NCBI GenBank assembly: GCA_964019335.1
Contig: OZ025689.1
Coordinates: 186,001 to 250,000 of the forward strand
Reading direction: 5' to 3'
Length of the DNA stretch: 64,000 bases
Source of the DNA: Diplonema japonicum
Taxonomy: Eukaryota; Protista; Euglenozoa: Diplonemea
In this document: piece by piece, positions 12,382 through 25,511 of the stretch
Numbering within the stretch: the stretch's first letter is position 1
How the letters are laid out: each line of letters opens with the position of its first letter
Translations under genes and position numbers: made by a program
Notes under the pieces: generated by a model
What the model was told of the DNA's origin: nothing
The model's database searches: none
Seen by the model: only the letters and a program-made list of their open reading frames with translations

Positions 12382-12756
12382 TCACCTCTGGTGGAGGTAC
12401 CCTGCAACGTAAGGTGTGACGAAAGGTGCTGTGGCACCAAGAGGACCCACAGGGCCACAAGCAGACGAAGGGCTGTACAGAGTTCGGTAGTTGGACTGGT
12501 CAGCAAGGGTGGTGGCTGCAGTCATGTTGGCGTGGGCAAGGATATGCGTCTCACGGGCGTTCTCGACTGCCTGCGCGGTGTTCCCTGCATAGCTCCCGTA
12601 AAGCGCAGCATCAGCAGCCGCCGTCTCTGCCTTCATGTTATCAATCATAGCAAGCTGCGCGCTTGCAGCACCGAAATTCGAACCATGCATAGCCAGCGTG
12701 GCATCTTGTGAAGCGACCTGTCCCCCAAACAACCCACCAGCCACATAGATCGACAT
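12382..12756 (-). CDS. Hypothetical Ala-rich protein (124 aa)
   Basis: ATG in AAAATG context just after a CAG acceptor; coding-like composition; no family recognised. Confidence 0.6.
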   Translation of the reverse strand: MSIYVAGGLFGGQVASQDATLAMHGSNFGAASAQLAMIDNMKAETAAADAALYGSYAGNTAQAVENARETHILAHANMTAATTLADQSNYRTLYSPSSACGPVGPLGATAPFVTPYVAGYLHQR

Positions 12757-13206
12757 TTTCTTAAACACCTGTATTTGACAGTTGTAACGCCCGAGGGATG
12801 TACCCCCAAATCACAAGGAGGTTCAAGTACCCATAGGAGTGGGTGGTACTTTTGAGACGGAACGTACGAACAAAATTCAGAAAAAATAAAAAAAAAAATA
12901 AAAAAATACAGAAGAAAAAAAAAGGGGGGGGGAAAAGAGCGGACGGTAAATAAAAAATCAGGAGATTTACAAAATAAAAAAAATAAAAAAATAAAATAAA
13001 ATCGGTCTATATAAAGCCGGTACAGCGTGTTCCCAAATCCGGTAATAAAAGAAAAGAAAAAAAGATTTTTTTAATATAAAAAATAGGAAAGGAAAAATTG
13101 ACATCTTTCGAAAAAGTGAAGGAAGGGAGGATAAAGTCTAATGAAAAAAAAGGGGGGGGGGCGGGGGAGGGGGGAACAATGCACTAAAAGGGACATCTTA
13201 ATAAAT

Positions 13207-14724
13207 CTATTGCAGGAGAGTGAGCCCCTCCCCCCTGCCGAAGATGAAGCAAGGAGAGAGCAGGCCGAAGAGTTCAGTGCACAGAAACCCACGATCTACA
13301 TTGTTGTGAGCAACCCTCACGGTGCCTTGGTCGGCGTCGTAGGTCAACTGTTTTCATGTTATTACATTTTCTTTTACGTACCTTGATGATATCCCCCTGC
13401 TGTGCAACGGGGATGTGTGACAAGGTAGCAGATGGCTTCCCCCGTTTCCCGTGTATATCCCGCCTGATGGGCGACCAGAAAAACCCATCGCCAGCCCCTG
13501 CCCCACTCTGGTCCCTTGAATCGACCATCCCCAGCAACGACTCTTGGATGTTGTCCAACCTTACCTTCCACACATGCACCCCTTCGGAGAACGCCTCGTG
13601 TGCCTTGGCTCCAACAACGTCCTCTGCCGCATCAGGCATCATCCGTAACGACATCCTGTTGTTTGGTGAATTATGTATCCCACCCACGAATCATACCCAG
13701 TTGTGTCCTGTTTCAGCTCGATCTCAGGGTCCAACGGGAAGGACAGGATGTCCACACCCTCCCTGTTCACACCTTGCATGTTGTGCCCAGGGTGCGTGTT
13801 TGAGTGCGCAGACTGTCCATGGTGCTCAGGACGCCCTGGCTGCGTTGCGTTAAGCCCCCCCGAATGGCTGGGCGGTGCGTAGGGATGCTGAGTAGAGTAC
13901 GAGGGCCCTGTTGAAGGGAAGGAAGCATGCGGGTTTTGATTCTGGTTCGGGTTCGGGTTCGGGTTGTGGTGCGTGGTTTGCGATGGGTTCATGCCGCCAC
14001 TATGCGAGACACGGTGGGGCTGCTGCTGCTGCTGGTGGTGATGGTGGTGGTGGTGATGGGACGCAGGACCAGCGGAGGTGCTTTGACCTGGCATGACCTC
14101 CCGCTTGGCGTACGGGGGCTCCATCTGCATGGAGCGTGAAGATGCGTTAAGATCAAGCGAGATCCTCAGCCCAGAAAGGTCCAAGGCAGAGATGTCGGAA
14201 AACTCAAAACACCGCCCTGTGAGGGAAGGGACGTTCACGGTGATGGCGGTCGAGGCTGGTGTGATGTCCAGGACGTCGAGGTCGCGGGACTGGCAGCGGA
14301 CCAGCGTGTCGTCCAAGATGGAGAGCTCCCTGCCCATGGCAGACGAGCAGTCCGTTATCACCTCATCGCCACTGTTTTTAAGATACGCCAAGTGTCCACG
14401 TACCTCCACCTCTTTACGCAAAAGCTGGTCATGCAGCTGTGCGAACCTATCCGTCACTGCTTGCTCCACACGGTCGTACGTCGTTTGGTATTGTTGCTTT
14501 GAAATGTCCAGCTCTTGATGCTGCCCCTCGAGCCGTATCTTAAACTTCTGCAGCTCCTCAGCGTACCTTGTCAACAGCTGCCTCCTCTGCCCTGCTAGGA
14601 CATCAATGATCTCGCTCCTATCGTGTACGTAAGACACATCTGCGCCCAGCTGCTGTGCACGGGACAGCAAATCAGGCAGAGGCAACCTCTCCAGCTCCTC
14701 CCTTGTTGGTGGGATAGAGTCCAT
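13207..14724 (-). CDS. Coiled-coil + B30.2/SPRY-like domain protein; exons 13697-14724, 13382-13655, 13207-13347
   Basis: Spliced C-terminus FSEGVHVWKVRL…LLGMV…QGDIIK|LTYDADQGTVRVAHN…LSPCF is SPRY-like; introns 13656-13696 and 13348-13381; His/Gln-rich linker. Confidence 0.75.
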
Positions 14725-15267
14725 GACTTCACCGCCACCCCTGATGGTAAATGGTGTGTGGGGGGATTTTAAAAAAAGGGGGTGTAAATAAAAAAAGGTC
14801 TTTGAAGGTCATAATTTCTTTTTTTTTTTTTTTCCCCCTTTTCTTTCTTGAAGACCCCTGCCTTCCGTGTTGTGTTGGTACAGTTCGCTCGACGACCGTC
14901 TGCAGCCACTCGCCCGTGCGGTTGTGGTTCTTCGGCTGTTAAAACAAAAAAGAAACAGGGAACCGAATGTAAAAGATGTCTTTGAAGGGGACCTGCAGTT
15001 ATGTGACAGGATCACCCCCTGTAAAAAAAAGAATGGTAGAGAAGAAGAAGAAGAAAAGAATTGTGACTTACGAAAGACCTCAACCTAAAAATATAATCCT
15101 TCTTTTCATTCTTTCTTGGGTTCTATATTTTATACTCCGAGTCCAAACTCAATTGGCAAGGCTAGGGGGGTGGGTAGGGGAGAATGGGAGGATGGGGTAT
15201 AAATGAAGCAGGAAAGACATACACAACAAAAAAAACTCTTTTCCTTCTTTTTTTTTTTCTTCCTCCG

Positions 15268-15969
15268 TCACACGCGCCGGATCAAAGGCGGCAAAGGAAT
15301 ATCGTCTTCAGAATCAGACACATCACTGGTGTTATTGTTATTACTACTATCGTTAATGTACTTTCTACAAAGCGGGCATTTTTCGGTGCCCCTCCCAACG
15401 CCTTTTCCAATCCACGCAAAGAGGCAACTCTCATGATAAGCATGGGAGCAGGACTGCAGGGCGACAGGATCGGAAGTGTGGGAAGAGAGATCTTGAAGGC
15501 AAATGGTGCAACTCTCGTTCTTTGTGTCCTCAGGATCTAGAGTCACCCACTCTGTTCCGAGAAGGCGCATTGCGTGCAGACGGCGAGCGCAACGCTGGCG
15601 CGTTGCCTCAGCTTGTCTCATCAGGCCACGGTGGTACCTGTATGCCGTCGGGTCTTTGATCTGTAAGACTTTCAATTCACTGCACTCTTTCTTCGCGATC
15701 CTTCTCTCTTTAACCGTTTCTCTCCTTATATACAATATGCTCCCTTGCATCACTCCTACCTTCAGTGGAATATCGCTTCTCTCTATTGGTGTCACGGGTA
15801 ATGGTGGGTGGCTGCCTTCACACAACCACGCTCCGTACCCCTCCATCGACTCTATCCCGAGCTTCTTCAACACCCGCCCCATAAAGGTCCCGAAAGGCTT
15901 CTTGGGCGTGATCGCTACTATTTCCCTGTCCGCCAGAGTGACGCCGTCGCTCACTAGTTTAATAATCAT
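15268..15969 (-). CDS. RING-H2 E3 ubiquitin ligase with ubiquitin-like N-terminal region
   Basis: CTIC…CSHAYHESC…W…CPLCR (C3H2C3). Confidence 0.85.
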   Translation of the reverse strand: MIIKLVSDGVTLADREIVAITPKKPFGTFMGRVLKKLGIESMEGYGAWLCEGSHPPLPVTPIERSDIPLKVGVMQGSILYIRRETVKERRIAKKECSELKVLQIKDPTAYRYHRGLMRQAEATRQRCARRLHAMRLLGTEWVTLDPEDTKNESCTICLQDLSSHTSDPVALQSCSHAYHESCLFAWIGKGVGRGTEKCPLCRKYINDSSNNNNTSDVSDSEDDIPLPPLIRRV

Positions 15970-16130
15970 ATTTTCGTCGTTTTTGTGTTTCTTCTACCCC
16001 CCCCCCCCCCCGCTTCCCCGTCCCTTCTTTTTTTTTTGTTTTTGGTCCCCCTTTTTGTAAAGGGTAGCGTGAAAAAAAAAGTACACTTTTTTTTTTTCTT
16101 TTCTTTTTTCCCTCTTTTCAAGCTTGTTCA

Positions 16131-19100
16131 TCACCTACGCTGTTTGGCCTGCTCCTTCAGAGCCTTCGACAGCCTCCATTCGCCATTCTGTTCGTATTTG
16201 TTGTACAACGGCTCCAGCTTCTCCTTCTGCTTCCTCTTCGACAGTTTGCTGGAGTCGTGTGTGCGGAAGAAGGTCGGGGCGAGCTCAGGGAGCCATGTGG
16301 CTTCGATGGCCATAACCTCGCGCATGTACTCTTTTGAAGTTAGGATCAAACTGTGGTAAACAACCCACTCGGGGTTCTTTTGGAAGAGCGAAGACCCAGG
16401 ATGAATGTACACCAGCTGATCATCTGCAATAGTACGGTAGCCCTCCTGTTGATGTGTGCGGTAAGGTGTGTGTGTGTGTGCATACCGTGGCGTCCCTCTT
16501 TGCTGCGTTGAAGAAGAAACCACTGACAATGGACTTCCTGATGCATATGTAATCCCTCCCGGCACTCAGTACCGGCAACCTGTGCTTCTCAAGGATGAGT
16601 ACAAGCTGCTTCTTCACATCTTGCGCCCTCTTCAGCGACCTTACCTGCAGGAAGTTCTCGAAACACCACTGCGAACTGAACTTGTTGTTCTTCCACGACT
16701 CGTACACCGTCAGCAGTGTGATGTGGTCGCCCTCCGGTTGGTGGAACTTTGCCTTTTTCGAGTCAGCCTGCTGCGCCTTGTCCTTCGGGCGGTAGTAGAT
16801 GTTCTCAACCTGTATCATCGCCACGATGGTAGTGATGTCCTCTGCGCACCCGAAGTCCACAGCAGTGATCAACACCTTACTGAGAGGGGGCTCCAAGGGG
16901 AACTCCGCCATGCGACGGCCAAGCTTTGTAAGCAGACCTTCGTCATCAAGAGCCCCCAGAGCGTAGAGAGACTCCATGGCCATGACCAACGTCTCCTGCG
17001 GCGGGGCGTCCATGAAGGGGAAGGTCATCAAGTCGTGGATCCCCATGGCCTTTAGCGTCAGCACAGTCGTCGACAGGTTCGTCCGTTGGATCTCCGGCAC
17101 AGTCATAGGCAACATGTTGTTCAGGTACTCGTGCTCTGTGTACAGTCTGTAACATTTTCCAGGTCCTGTTCTTCCCGCGCGACCTGCTCTCTGTTTCGCC
17201 GACGCTTGCGAGATTGGTGCGACATCTAAACTGTCCATCCCCAGCTTGGGGTTGTACCTCTTCTGCTTCGACAGCCCAGGGTCGATGACGTAGTACACAC
17301 CGTCAATGGTGATGGATGCCTCGGCAATGTTCGTGGTGATGACGATCTTCCTTGCACCAGGAGGGGCAGGCTCAAAAATCCTCGACAGCATTTCGGATGG
17401 CAGCTGTGCGTATGACGGCAAAATCAAAAGCTCGGGGACCTTTGGACCCAGCTTCTTCATGTATTCGTGAAGTAGTTCACCCGCAGTATCGATCTCCTCC
17501 TGACCTGTCAAGAACAGGAGGATGTCGCCAGGCGGCTCCTGCACGTGGATTTGCATCGCGCAAATAAGACACGCATCCAAATAGTCAGGCTCGTCTTCGT
17601 TTGCGTAAAGACAATCGACCTGAAAGGTCCTCCCCGGGATAGTGAGGATGGGACAGCTGCCGAAGTAAGTGGAAAACTTTTCGGCGTCAAGGGTAGCGGA
17701 GGTTACGATAAGGTGCAGGTCTTTCCGCCTCTGCGAGAGCTTCTTCATAAGCCCGAACAGCACGTCAGTGTTCACGGTCCTCTCGTGCGCCTCGTCGAGC
17801 ATGATGACGCTGTAGGACTTGAGGTCCGGGTCGATAAGGGACTCCCTCATCAACATACCGTCGGTCATGTACTTGATGATGGTCTTTGAAGAGGTCTTGT
17901 CGTCGAACCTGATGGCGTACCCTACCTCGTCACCTAGATTGCACCCGAACTCTTCGGAGACACGCTGTGCCACGCTTGTGGCGGCAACTCTCCTTGGCTG
18001 CGTGCACCCAATGCGCTTCCCACCCGCACAGAACCCCGCCTCTACTAAGTACTGCGTCATCTGCGTTGTTTTCCCGCTCCCTGTCTCACCGATCACGACA
18101 AGACACTGGTTCTCCCTGACAGCGTTGATGAGCTCGTCCTTCAGAGTGTAGATGGGCAGCCCCTTCCTCTGTTCTGTGATCGATGCCGTTGTAATCTTCC
18201 CGAACGTCGGAACGCCACCGAAGGCCTTCTTCTTCCACTCGCTCACCTCGCCCGTTTTACCAAGCGACGGCTGTTCCTGCGACTTCGGTGCATCGCCTTG
18301 GCTGCGGTACTTGTCGTCGCGAAGCTCCCTTCGTTCCTGGGCAAGCTTCCTGCCTTGCTCAGCAGACTTCATGAGGGACGACTCGTTGGTACGTGCCAGC
18401 TTAACAGGGCTCGTCGTGTTCTTTGAGCCAGCAAGCTTGACACCCTTCATAAAAGCAGGCTCCACTTCGTTGCGCTCAATGTCGTAGTCGATGTCGTCTG
18501 TATCGTCCAACTGCTGCACGATCCCTGTGCTCTTGTTATATAAGGGGTTCTTTGTGATGTCCATTCCTTTGAAGGCACCTGCTCTTTGGAACTGCGCCAG
18601 TTCCCACTTCTCGTCTGCCGTCAGCGTCTCAAAGTTCTTCTTCTTCCTCCCCGTCGTGTTCTGCGAGTCATCACGGTAGGTTAGCCCGCTCATATTCTCC
18701 TGCTGTTGTTCCCTGCTTGAATGCTCCGCTCTCTTTACAGATGCTTCATAGTCGCCAGGGTTTCTCTTCCTAAGGTCGTTCCCGCTCTCCTGGTCGACTT
18801 CCTTCATGCTGAGCGACAGCTTCTTATCTACTTTCGATATGATTTTGATGTAAACCGATTGCCCGCGTTTTAAGTGCTCCGTCACATCGCCGGTGATGTT
18901 CATGGCGCTGACGTGGCAGAGGCCGTCTCGTTTGGACCTGACACGCCAACCTTCGGGGACGGTCTCGTCGAGGGAGATGAAAGCTCCATAGTCCTTTACG
19001 TTCTGCACGGTCCCCTTGTAGATGCAGTACACGTCGAAATCCTCGCATTTTTTCTTTTTTTCCATCTCTTCTGCGATGCGCTCAGCTTCGGACTTGCGTG

Positions 19101-19560
19101 GCCGGTCGGCGTCCCTTTCACGCCTCCTTCTGCGTGACCTGTCACGCGAGTCTGTTGAACCACGTCTCCTTTTACGCCGTTCTCTGTCCCTGTTCCTGTC
19201 ATCTTCCCGGTCTCTATCCCTGTCCTTGTCTCTGTTGTCTTCTTTTTCTTTTGGAGCATCTTTGTTTTCATCTTTCTCAGTGCGCTGTTCAACCTTTGGT
19301 TCCTTCACTTCAGCCTGCTTACTAACAGGCATCATTCGCTTCACCGTGTTGTACAGTCTCTCCAACAGTTCCACTGGGAACTCGTCGTCGCCCTCCAGCA
19401 CCACCTCTTTCGCATCTGCAAGGGTCTTGCTCTCCTCGATGGACTCGATCAGGAAGTCGGCCAGCACGCGGTGGTCGGGGTTCTTGCCGAAGTAGTTGTC
19501 CAGTTCATCCGACACCTTCGATGAGATGGACAACCTTTGCAGGTTTGCGAAGACATCCAT
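16131..19560 (-). CDS. DHX8: Pre-mRNA splicing DEAH helicase DHX8/Prp22; exons 16486-19560, 16131-16445
   Basis: RS/RD-rich region, S1 domain (YGAFISL…DGLCHVS), [27 protein letters not shown]; 40-nt intron 16446-16485 restores AAKRDAT|EGYRT…[10 protein letters not shown]. Confidence 0.96.
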
Positions 19561-19691
19561 TTGATACCTAAAGGAGGGTGTGAGAGGGAAGCAAGATAAA
19601 AAGAAGAAGAAGAAGAAGCAGCAACTGAACCGAACACAAACAAAGAGCTGGGGCAGGGAAGGGAAGGTGCTGTCTTTGCAGACAGATAGAA

Positions 19692-21512
19692 TTAAGAGTA
19701 ACTCGTTGCGCTGTGGTAGCTGAGGAGCTTCTTCCTTGCTTCCATCCCGCGCAGTACATCAGAGACGGAGGCAGGCTCGTTCATGCGGATCCTCGCATAG
19801 TCCTGTGCCACAAGACGCTGCATGCCTTCTAGCTGGTTGGTGGAGAAGCCACGAACCACGGTGGAGTTGGCATTGGGAATGGCCTCCAACATTGACTGCG
19901 CGCCTTGCTGCCGCGACTCTCTTCGTACTGAGGACAGCGTCCGTGGAGGTGGTGGACGGGAAAGCGGGATGAGCACTGGCGTCGTGATAGATTGAGCTGC
20001 ACCCTTACGCTTCATGATCTTCTCCAGTCTCACCGCTTCTACTGTGTTGAAGTTGAGCTCCGACGTTATCTTCCCAAACAGCCTTGTTTCCCCCACATCC
20101 TCAAGACTTAGGTGGTTCGCTTTCAGCCTGTCGAGGAACATTTCCCACAAATCATTATCAGAAAGTGCACTTGAGAACGATGCTGGTTGAGAAACCGACG
20201 CCGGCCCCGGTGCCACTGTCGATGCCCGCTGCGACACCACGGCAGGGGCTGCAGAAGCAGCCGAGCCTACAGATTGTGTTCTTTCGCTGATAGCGTCGAT
20301 GTCCATGATCACGATCTCGGTTTCCCTCCGCTCTTGCTGTTCTCTTTGCATCTCTTCTTGCTTGTGTTGTTCCTCTTGCTGTTCCTCTTTCAGCTCGTGC
20401 TGTTTCTCGTACTCCTTCACCTTTTCAAGGATCTCAGCACCCTGTTTCGTGGTGCGCCGTGACGACACCCTCGCTTCCATCTCAAGGTCTTCGATGACAA
20501 CGTCAGTGACACCCTCGCGCTCTTCAGGGAACACAGCACTGGTCTGTTCGGGTAGCAGGTGGTCAGCCTCTGACACAGCTGAAGAGTGACACAGAGTTGA
20601 CATCTGTGTTGCAAGGAGGGTGGGTGGGGGCAGAAGGGATACGGGACTTTCAAGAAGGTCATGTTCCGTGGCGGGAGACCTGCGGAACCATGAAAAGCAC
20701 AACCACGCACAGTAAAGTGAGGTGAACACCGTGCAGAGGCCCATTAGGGCAGCGCAGCAGGACAGGGCGAAGGGCGGGCAGTCGTCGTTTGCATCAAATA
20801 CGTCGAGATACTTGCTGGGCGTGTGGTCCTGCCCGCACTTAACCCAGTCAGCTATTGCAGCGTATGAAAGACACAAGCCAAAGACGATGAATGAGCCAGA
20901 ACAGGTTCCTATAAAGAACCTGTCAGGCTGACCGGGGAGGATCAGTGTGTCACGAAGTTTGAAAATATGTGCAGCGTAGGCAGCGATCGCGAGGAGACGA
21001 AAGAGATGCCCGAGAGCAGGGAGAGGGGAGGACGCCGTGGCTCCGTTCCAAGCGAGATGCTGCACAAGAGTCGCAACAACCCAAAACGAGCAGAACACAA
21101 GTGGCAGGGTTGCCAATGTAGGGTTGAATGGCGGGCTGTAGTCCACATGAGTGTAACTTCCCAACCGTTGTCTCGTTGTGCCAAGGGTGTGGGTGCTCGC
21201 AGGGGACACGGATTGCTGGGTGTAACCAGGAAATACCCCTGACACAGCAAACTCCAACGGTGCTTCCCCAAAGGCTTCTCTGATGTGTTCTGCACTGCTC
21301 ACCTTCTGGCCGTTTATAGTATTTATGTGCATTCCCTTCTTCATTCCACATCTGTCCCCTAGCTTGCCCGCCATCACATTTGTCAACGTAACCCCAAGAT
21401 ACCCCACACCAAGCAGCTCCCCCTCTGCCTGCCTTACTATTCTTATCTCGAACCGCTCTGCTTCAACTTTTTTACTCACAGGCGGGACCAGTGGGTTCCC
21501 GGGGGGCTCCAT
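19692..21512 (-). CDS. PDZ-like domain, multi-pass membrane protein
   Basis: N-terminal ELLGVGY…GMKKGMHINTINGQKV is PDZ-like; about four hydrophobic segments; Glu/Gln coiled coil. Start placed at the ATG after the A-run. Confidence 0.7.
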   Translation of the reverse strand: MEPPGNPLVPPVSKKVEAERFEIRIVRQAEGELLGVGYLGVTLTNVMAGKLGDRCGMKKGMHINTINGQKVSSAEHIREAFGEAPLEFAVSGVFPGYTQQSVSPASTHTLGTTRQRLGSYTHVDYSPPFNPTLATLPLVFCSFWVVATLVQHLAWNGATASSPLPALGHLFRLLAIAAYAAHIFKLRDTLILPGQPDRFFIGTCSGSFIVFGLCLSYAAIADWVKCGQDHTPSKYLDVFDANDDCPPFALSCCAALMGLCTVFTSLYCAWLCFSWFRRSPATEHDLLESPVSLLPPPTLLATQMSTLCHSSAVSEADHLLPEQTSAVFPEEREGVTDVVIEDLEMEARVSSRRTTKQGAEILEKVKEYEKQHELKEEQQEEQHKQEEMQREQQERRETEIVIMDIDAISERTQSVGSAASAAPAVVSQRASTVAPGPASVSQPASFSSALSDNDLWEMFLDRLKANHLSLEDVGETRLFGKITSELNFNTVEAVRLEKIMKRKGAAQSITTPVLIPLSRPPPPRTLSSVRRESRQQGAQSMLEAIPNANSTVVRGFSTNQLEGMQRLVAQDYARIRMNEPASVSDVLRGMEARKKLLSYHSATSYS

Positions 21513-22467
21513 TTTCTTTTTTTTCTCCCCCGCTTCTTCTTTTTTTTTTTTACCCCTTTTTTTTAAATGGGCAAAAATGGAAACACTTGTTAGTGGAACT
21601 TGCGCAACCACCAGGGTGGCTCACGTAGAAGCTGTTGCTGAGAACTTCTACAAGGCTCAGAGGGCTGTGACACAGTATCGTCACGAGGGACGGGGTGCTG
21701 CTTAGAGTTCTTAGCACAGACAATAAAATTGTTATCACAAAAAAAAAAAGAAATAAGGGAAAAAACTTTTTTTGGTACATTCCCCACCCTTCATACCGTT
21801 CTTTTCATTGCCCTCCCCCCCCCCCCCCCCCCTATATTCCCCTACTCCTTTTTTGTACTCCTTTATTTTATAGAACCCAAGTCTTTTCGATTCTTCTTAT
21901 TTTTAGTTTTGGAAAGACAGCAGAATAAACAAGCGGGGGAAAAAAAAAGAAAAAAAAGCATTGGGGAAAAAAAAAAATCGATTAAGTTTCAGTGTGCCAT
22001 GAGGGTGCACACTGTTCAGATAGAAATTCACGCTAATCGGTCACGTCACTGTCTGGTGCCTGCGGTGGCATCGCAGGCCTCTTTAGCAGCTGATTCAAGA
22101 CTATGCACCTAGCGACTTAAACTCCTTAGTCACTTTAAAGGAGGCACGGTGCACACTAGCGCCCCGTTGAGAAGGCCAATGACTTAGGTTGTGTACCCAC
22201 AGAACTCGATTCCCTTGTTAGTTGCTCTCGCGAGTACTTCCACCAGACGATATGACAATGATCGGCAGCCAGGCACTTCTGTTGTTCCACAATAAAAAAA
22301 AATAAAAAAAAACCAAGACAGAAAAAGGGTGAAAGAAACAGGGCAGGGGGGAAGGGTGGCATATGTACTGGAGTGGTGGGAGGGGGAGGGAATGGGACGA
22401 AAAGAACAATTTCAGATTCAAATTTCTTTCTTCCCCCAACTAATCTTTCTTTCCCCCCCCCCTCTCC

Positions 22468-23419
22468 TCAGTCAGAAAAACGATGCTCCCCACCATAAGG
22501 AGCATTGTGGTCCTCTGTAGGGTGCTCTATGGGCGCGTGCATCGTGGGGGTCGGCGGCTGCACCGCTCTTTTATGAATGGGCGGGAAGTGCACCGGCATC
22601 GGCTGTTTTTTTTTTTTTTTTTTTTTTTTTTTAATCCTCTCATACATTGTCGTCAGAAAAATTCGGCCCGTCACAAGGAGAGTAAGGATCAGACCTAGTG
22701 ACAAAGTACAGCATGGTGTTGAGCAAGAAGAAAACACCACTGGAACCGGCTGCAACAAATAACACAATGGCACCTGCGGTCCATTCCGTGTCAACGTTCA
22801 CCCCAGGGAAGGCTTCCTTGAACACATTACCCACACGGTCATCCAAATTATGAACTAAGTTTGCCACCGTAGCGATAATGTTAACAAAGGCGATGAAGGA
22901 TATAACGGCAAGGACGAGGGCTTGGTTTGCACACCGCATTGTGTGGATGGGGATCACAAAGAGCACTGACACAAGCATCGATGCGGAGGGCAGAAGCTTC
23001 CCTTGAGACTGGACAAACATTCTTGACAGTGTTCTGAGGTTCTCGCACGTTTGTCTAGCGTCGTCCGTCGTGCAGAGTAGTGTGTTGGAGATGATGTCTT
23101 CGTTGATCTGCTTGTGCCGTTTGTTTTCTGACAGAAAGTTCGTGATGATCGCCTTTGGGCTCAAGGCGTCATCCTCCAAGGTCACCCCAATTGACTCTAT
23201 TGCGTCACGATTCAGGTTGACCCTCCACAGGTTCATATCCCCTATTTTCGCTCCTTGTACCTTTACGTCCACGTAATCTATAGTCGTGGCAGCTACAACA
23301 ACTAACAGTCCTGTGATTAACCCCAGGACACCCAACGCTATGAGCCTGCTGTCAACCCCCTCTGGAGGCGGGCGAACGGTTTGCCCGTCACCCTGTCGAG
23401 GGGCTGTTGAGATACTCAT
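22468..23419 (-). CDS. Four-TM claudin/amastin-like membrane protein; exons 22646-23419, 22468-22602
   Basis: Four hydrophobic helices; first loop with NLW motif and a Cys pair; 43-nt intron 22603-22645 adds a Pro/His-rich tail. Confidence 0.6.
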
Positions 23420-23484
23420 ATTTAAAAAATTACTTTTTTGATGAAAAATCTTATACAGAAAAAAAAAAGGGGGGGAATAAAAAA

Positions 23485-23546
<62 letters not shown>

Positions 23547-23553
<7 letters not shown>

Positions 23554-24245
23554 AATGGATCTTCAAAATATTCTTTATTAACATTGCTGTCTCCCATATC
23601 TGCCATTGGGATTGCGACTTTCTCGCCCCCTATATCGAGCGTCACCATGGAGGACGGGTACTCCTTGACCTGGAAAGAAACTGCTTCGGGGCTCAGCGCG
23701 TTGAGGCCTTTCCAAAACGAAGGCACGGACAAGGTGGTTGGGATGACCGAAGGCAGTGTTGAGGATGTCAGTTCGCTAGCGTGGATTGCACCTGTTGCCT
23801 TGTTCTTGATGGCCAGCGTGATTTTCCCAGTGGTGCCCGGTATGACAAATATGGACAAATCGTGGCTTCCTCCCAGCACGTCCTCCACCAAACGAGAGTC
23901 TGAGAAATATTTCTCTTTGAGTTCAAACGGGTCGATGGCACCTTCATCAGAAGTAACCATCACCTGCTGGTCATTGTGCTTTGCTTTGCTGGTTTCTGCC
24001 TCTGTGGATGGCTCTACTGGTACGGGTTCGGTGGTTTCTTGTTTTTCTTCTTCTTCTTCTTCTTCTTTTTGGGTTATTTCACCGACTACCTGGCACCCTG
24101 CCATCTTTGCGAAATATTTGCATCCATAACTATTTAATGTGTATCCGATTTTGACTTTATCCTTCCTACAGGACGCAGCAAAGTTTCTAAGGACAAGCGG
24201 GAGTTCTAGACAAACATCGATCCCATCACCACGGGCTTCATTCAT
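23547..24245 (-). CDS. Hypothetical protein (232 aa)
   Basis: Intact ORF starting after an A-run; acidic linker; no family recognised. Confidence 0.7.
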
Positions 24246-25422
24246 TTTTTCTTTTTTTTTCCCCCCCTCTTCTAGAAGTTGCTGCGGAGGTAAGGTGAGA
24301 GAAAAAAAACAGGCGAGTGGGGGGGGGGGGGGGATAAGGTTTTTTACTTTTCTTTTGAAGGTGTTCGGCCTTCTTCTTTTTTTCCCCCCCTTCTCCCCCC
24401 CCCCCCCCCCCCATCCATTATCTAATGGAATTCATTCACCTACGATTTTCATAAAAGCTAGTGATTGTTCCCGCCTCCCCCTCCCGTGTGTTTCTTTCTC
24501 CTTTTTTTTTTTTTTTTTTTTTTTTTTTTCCTTCCGTTTTCTCCCCTCCCAGTAAGGAGTCATATGCGTGAGAGAAAAAAAAATGCTTTGTTTTTTCAAC
24601 TTTTCGAGAAAAAAAAAAAATGACTCATTTGAACAAAGGCACCAAAATGGGGTAAAACGGATTTGACTTGAGGTACATTTTCTTTAAAAAAACATTTTTT
24701 TTGGCATTTTTTTTTTCCACACGCTTTATAATAGAATATGACCCACCCACTCCCTCCCCCCCGTTTTGCAAAGAATCTGAATAAAGAAAATACGGAAAAC
24801 AAAAAAAACGGGAGGAAAAAAAAGGAAAAGAAAACAGAACGTAGTGGGGGGGGGGGGGGGCGAAAGAAAATGAGAAAGATTGGAAAAAAAAAAGTGGGTC
24901 GCACGAATATTTCCCCCTTTGTTTTTGCTAAACCTTTTTTAACCAGGGGGAAGAGGGGGAAAAAAAAAAAAAAAAAAGCAATTTTGTCGAAAATTATGGT
25001 GAAAGAGGCGTTTCTATTTTCCACCACCATAAAAAAAAAAAGAAGAAAAAAAAAGAGCATTTGTGCCTCAGTCATGGCAGAGCTCTTCTTTTTTTTTTTC
25101 TCTCTTTTTTTCTTTGAACTCAAATATGATGACGGAAAGCGTGATTACACAACGCCATCAAAAAAAATATCAAACACGAAAAAAGAAAACCCTTTTTTTT
25201 TTGTGACACACTTATATGTCTGCACCCAATTAGGGGAAGAAGAGGGCTTTTTTTGCATATGCCGGTTTGCAATCCCCCCCCACAAAAATAAAGAAAACGT
25301 TAGGCTTTCGTTTTGCTGTGCTTTAAAACCTTGGATGGGGGCGAGAAAGGGGGGGGGGGGGGGGCAAAGGAGCAAAGTGGGGGAAAAAAAACAGAAAAAA
25401 AAACCCCCCCCCTACCCGTTTT

Positions 25423-25479
25423 TCAATCAGTTAATTCAGAAGGTTTTTTCGGTGTCTGTGAGAGAGATAACAATAGCGG

Positions 25480-25511
<32 letters not shown>

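Noticed and set aside
12770-12870. Hairpin-containing segment upstream of the 12756 ATG as a snoRNA
   Set aside because: Fits a plain 5'UTR intron (GTACG…CAG); box motifs not convincing.
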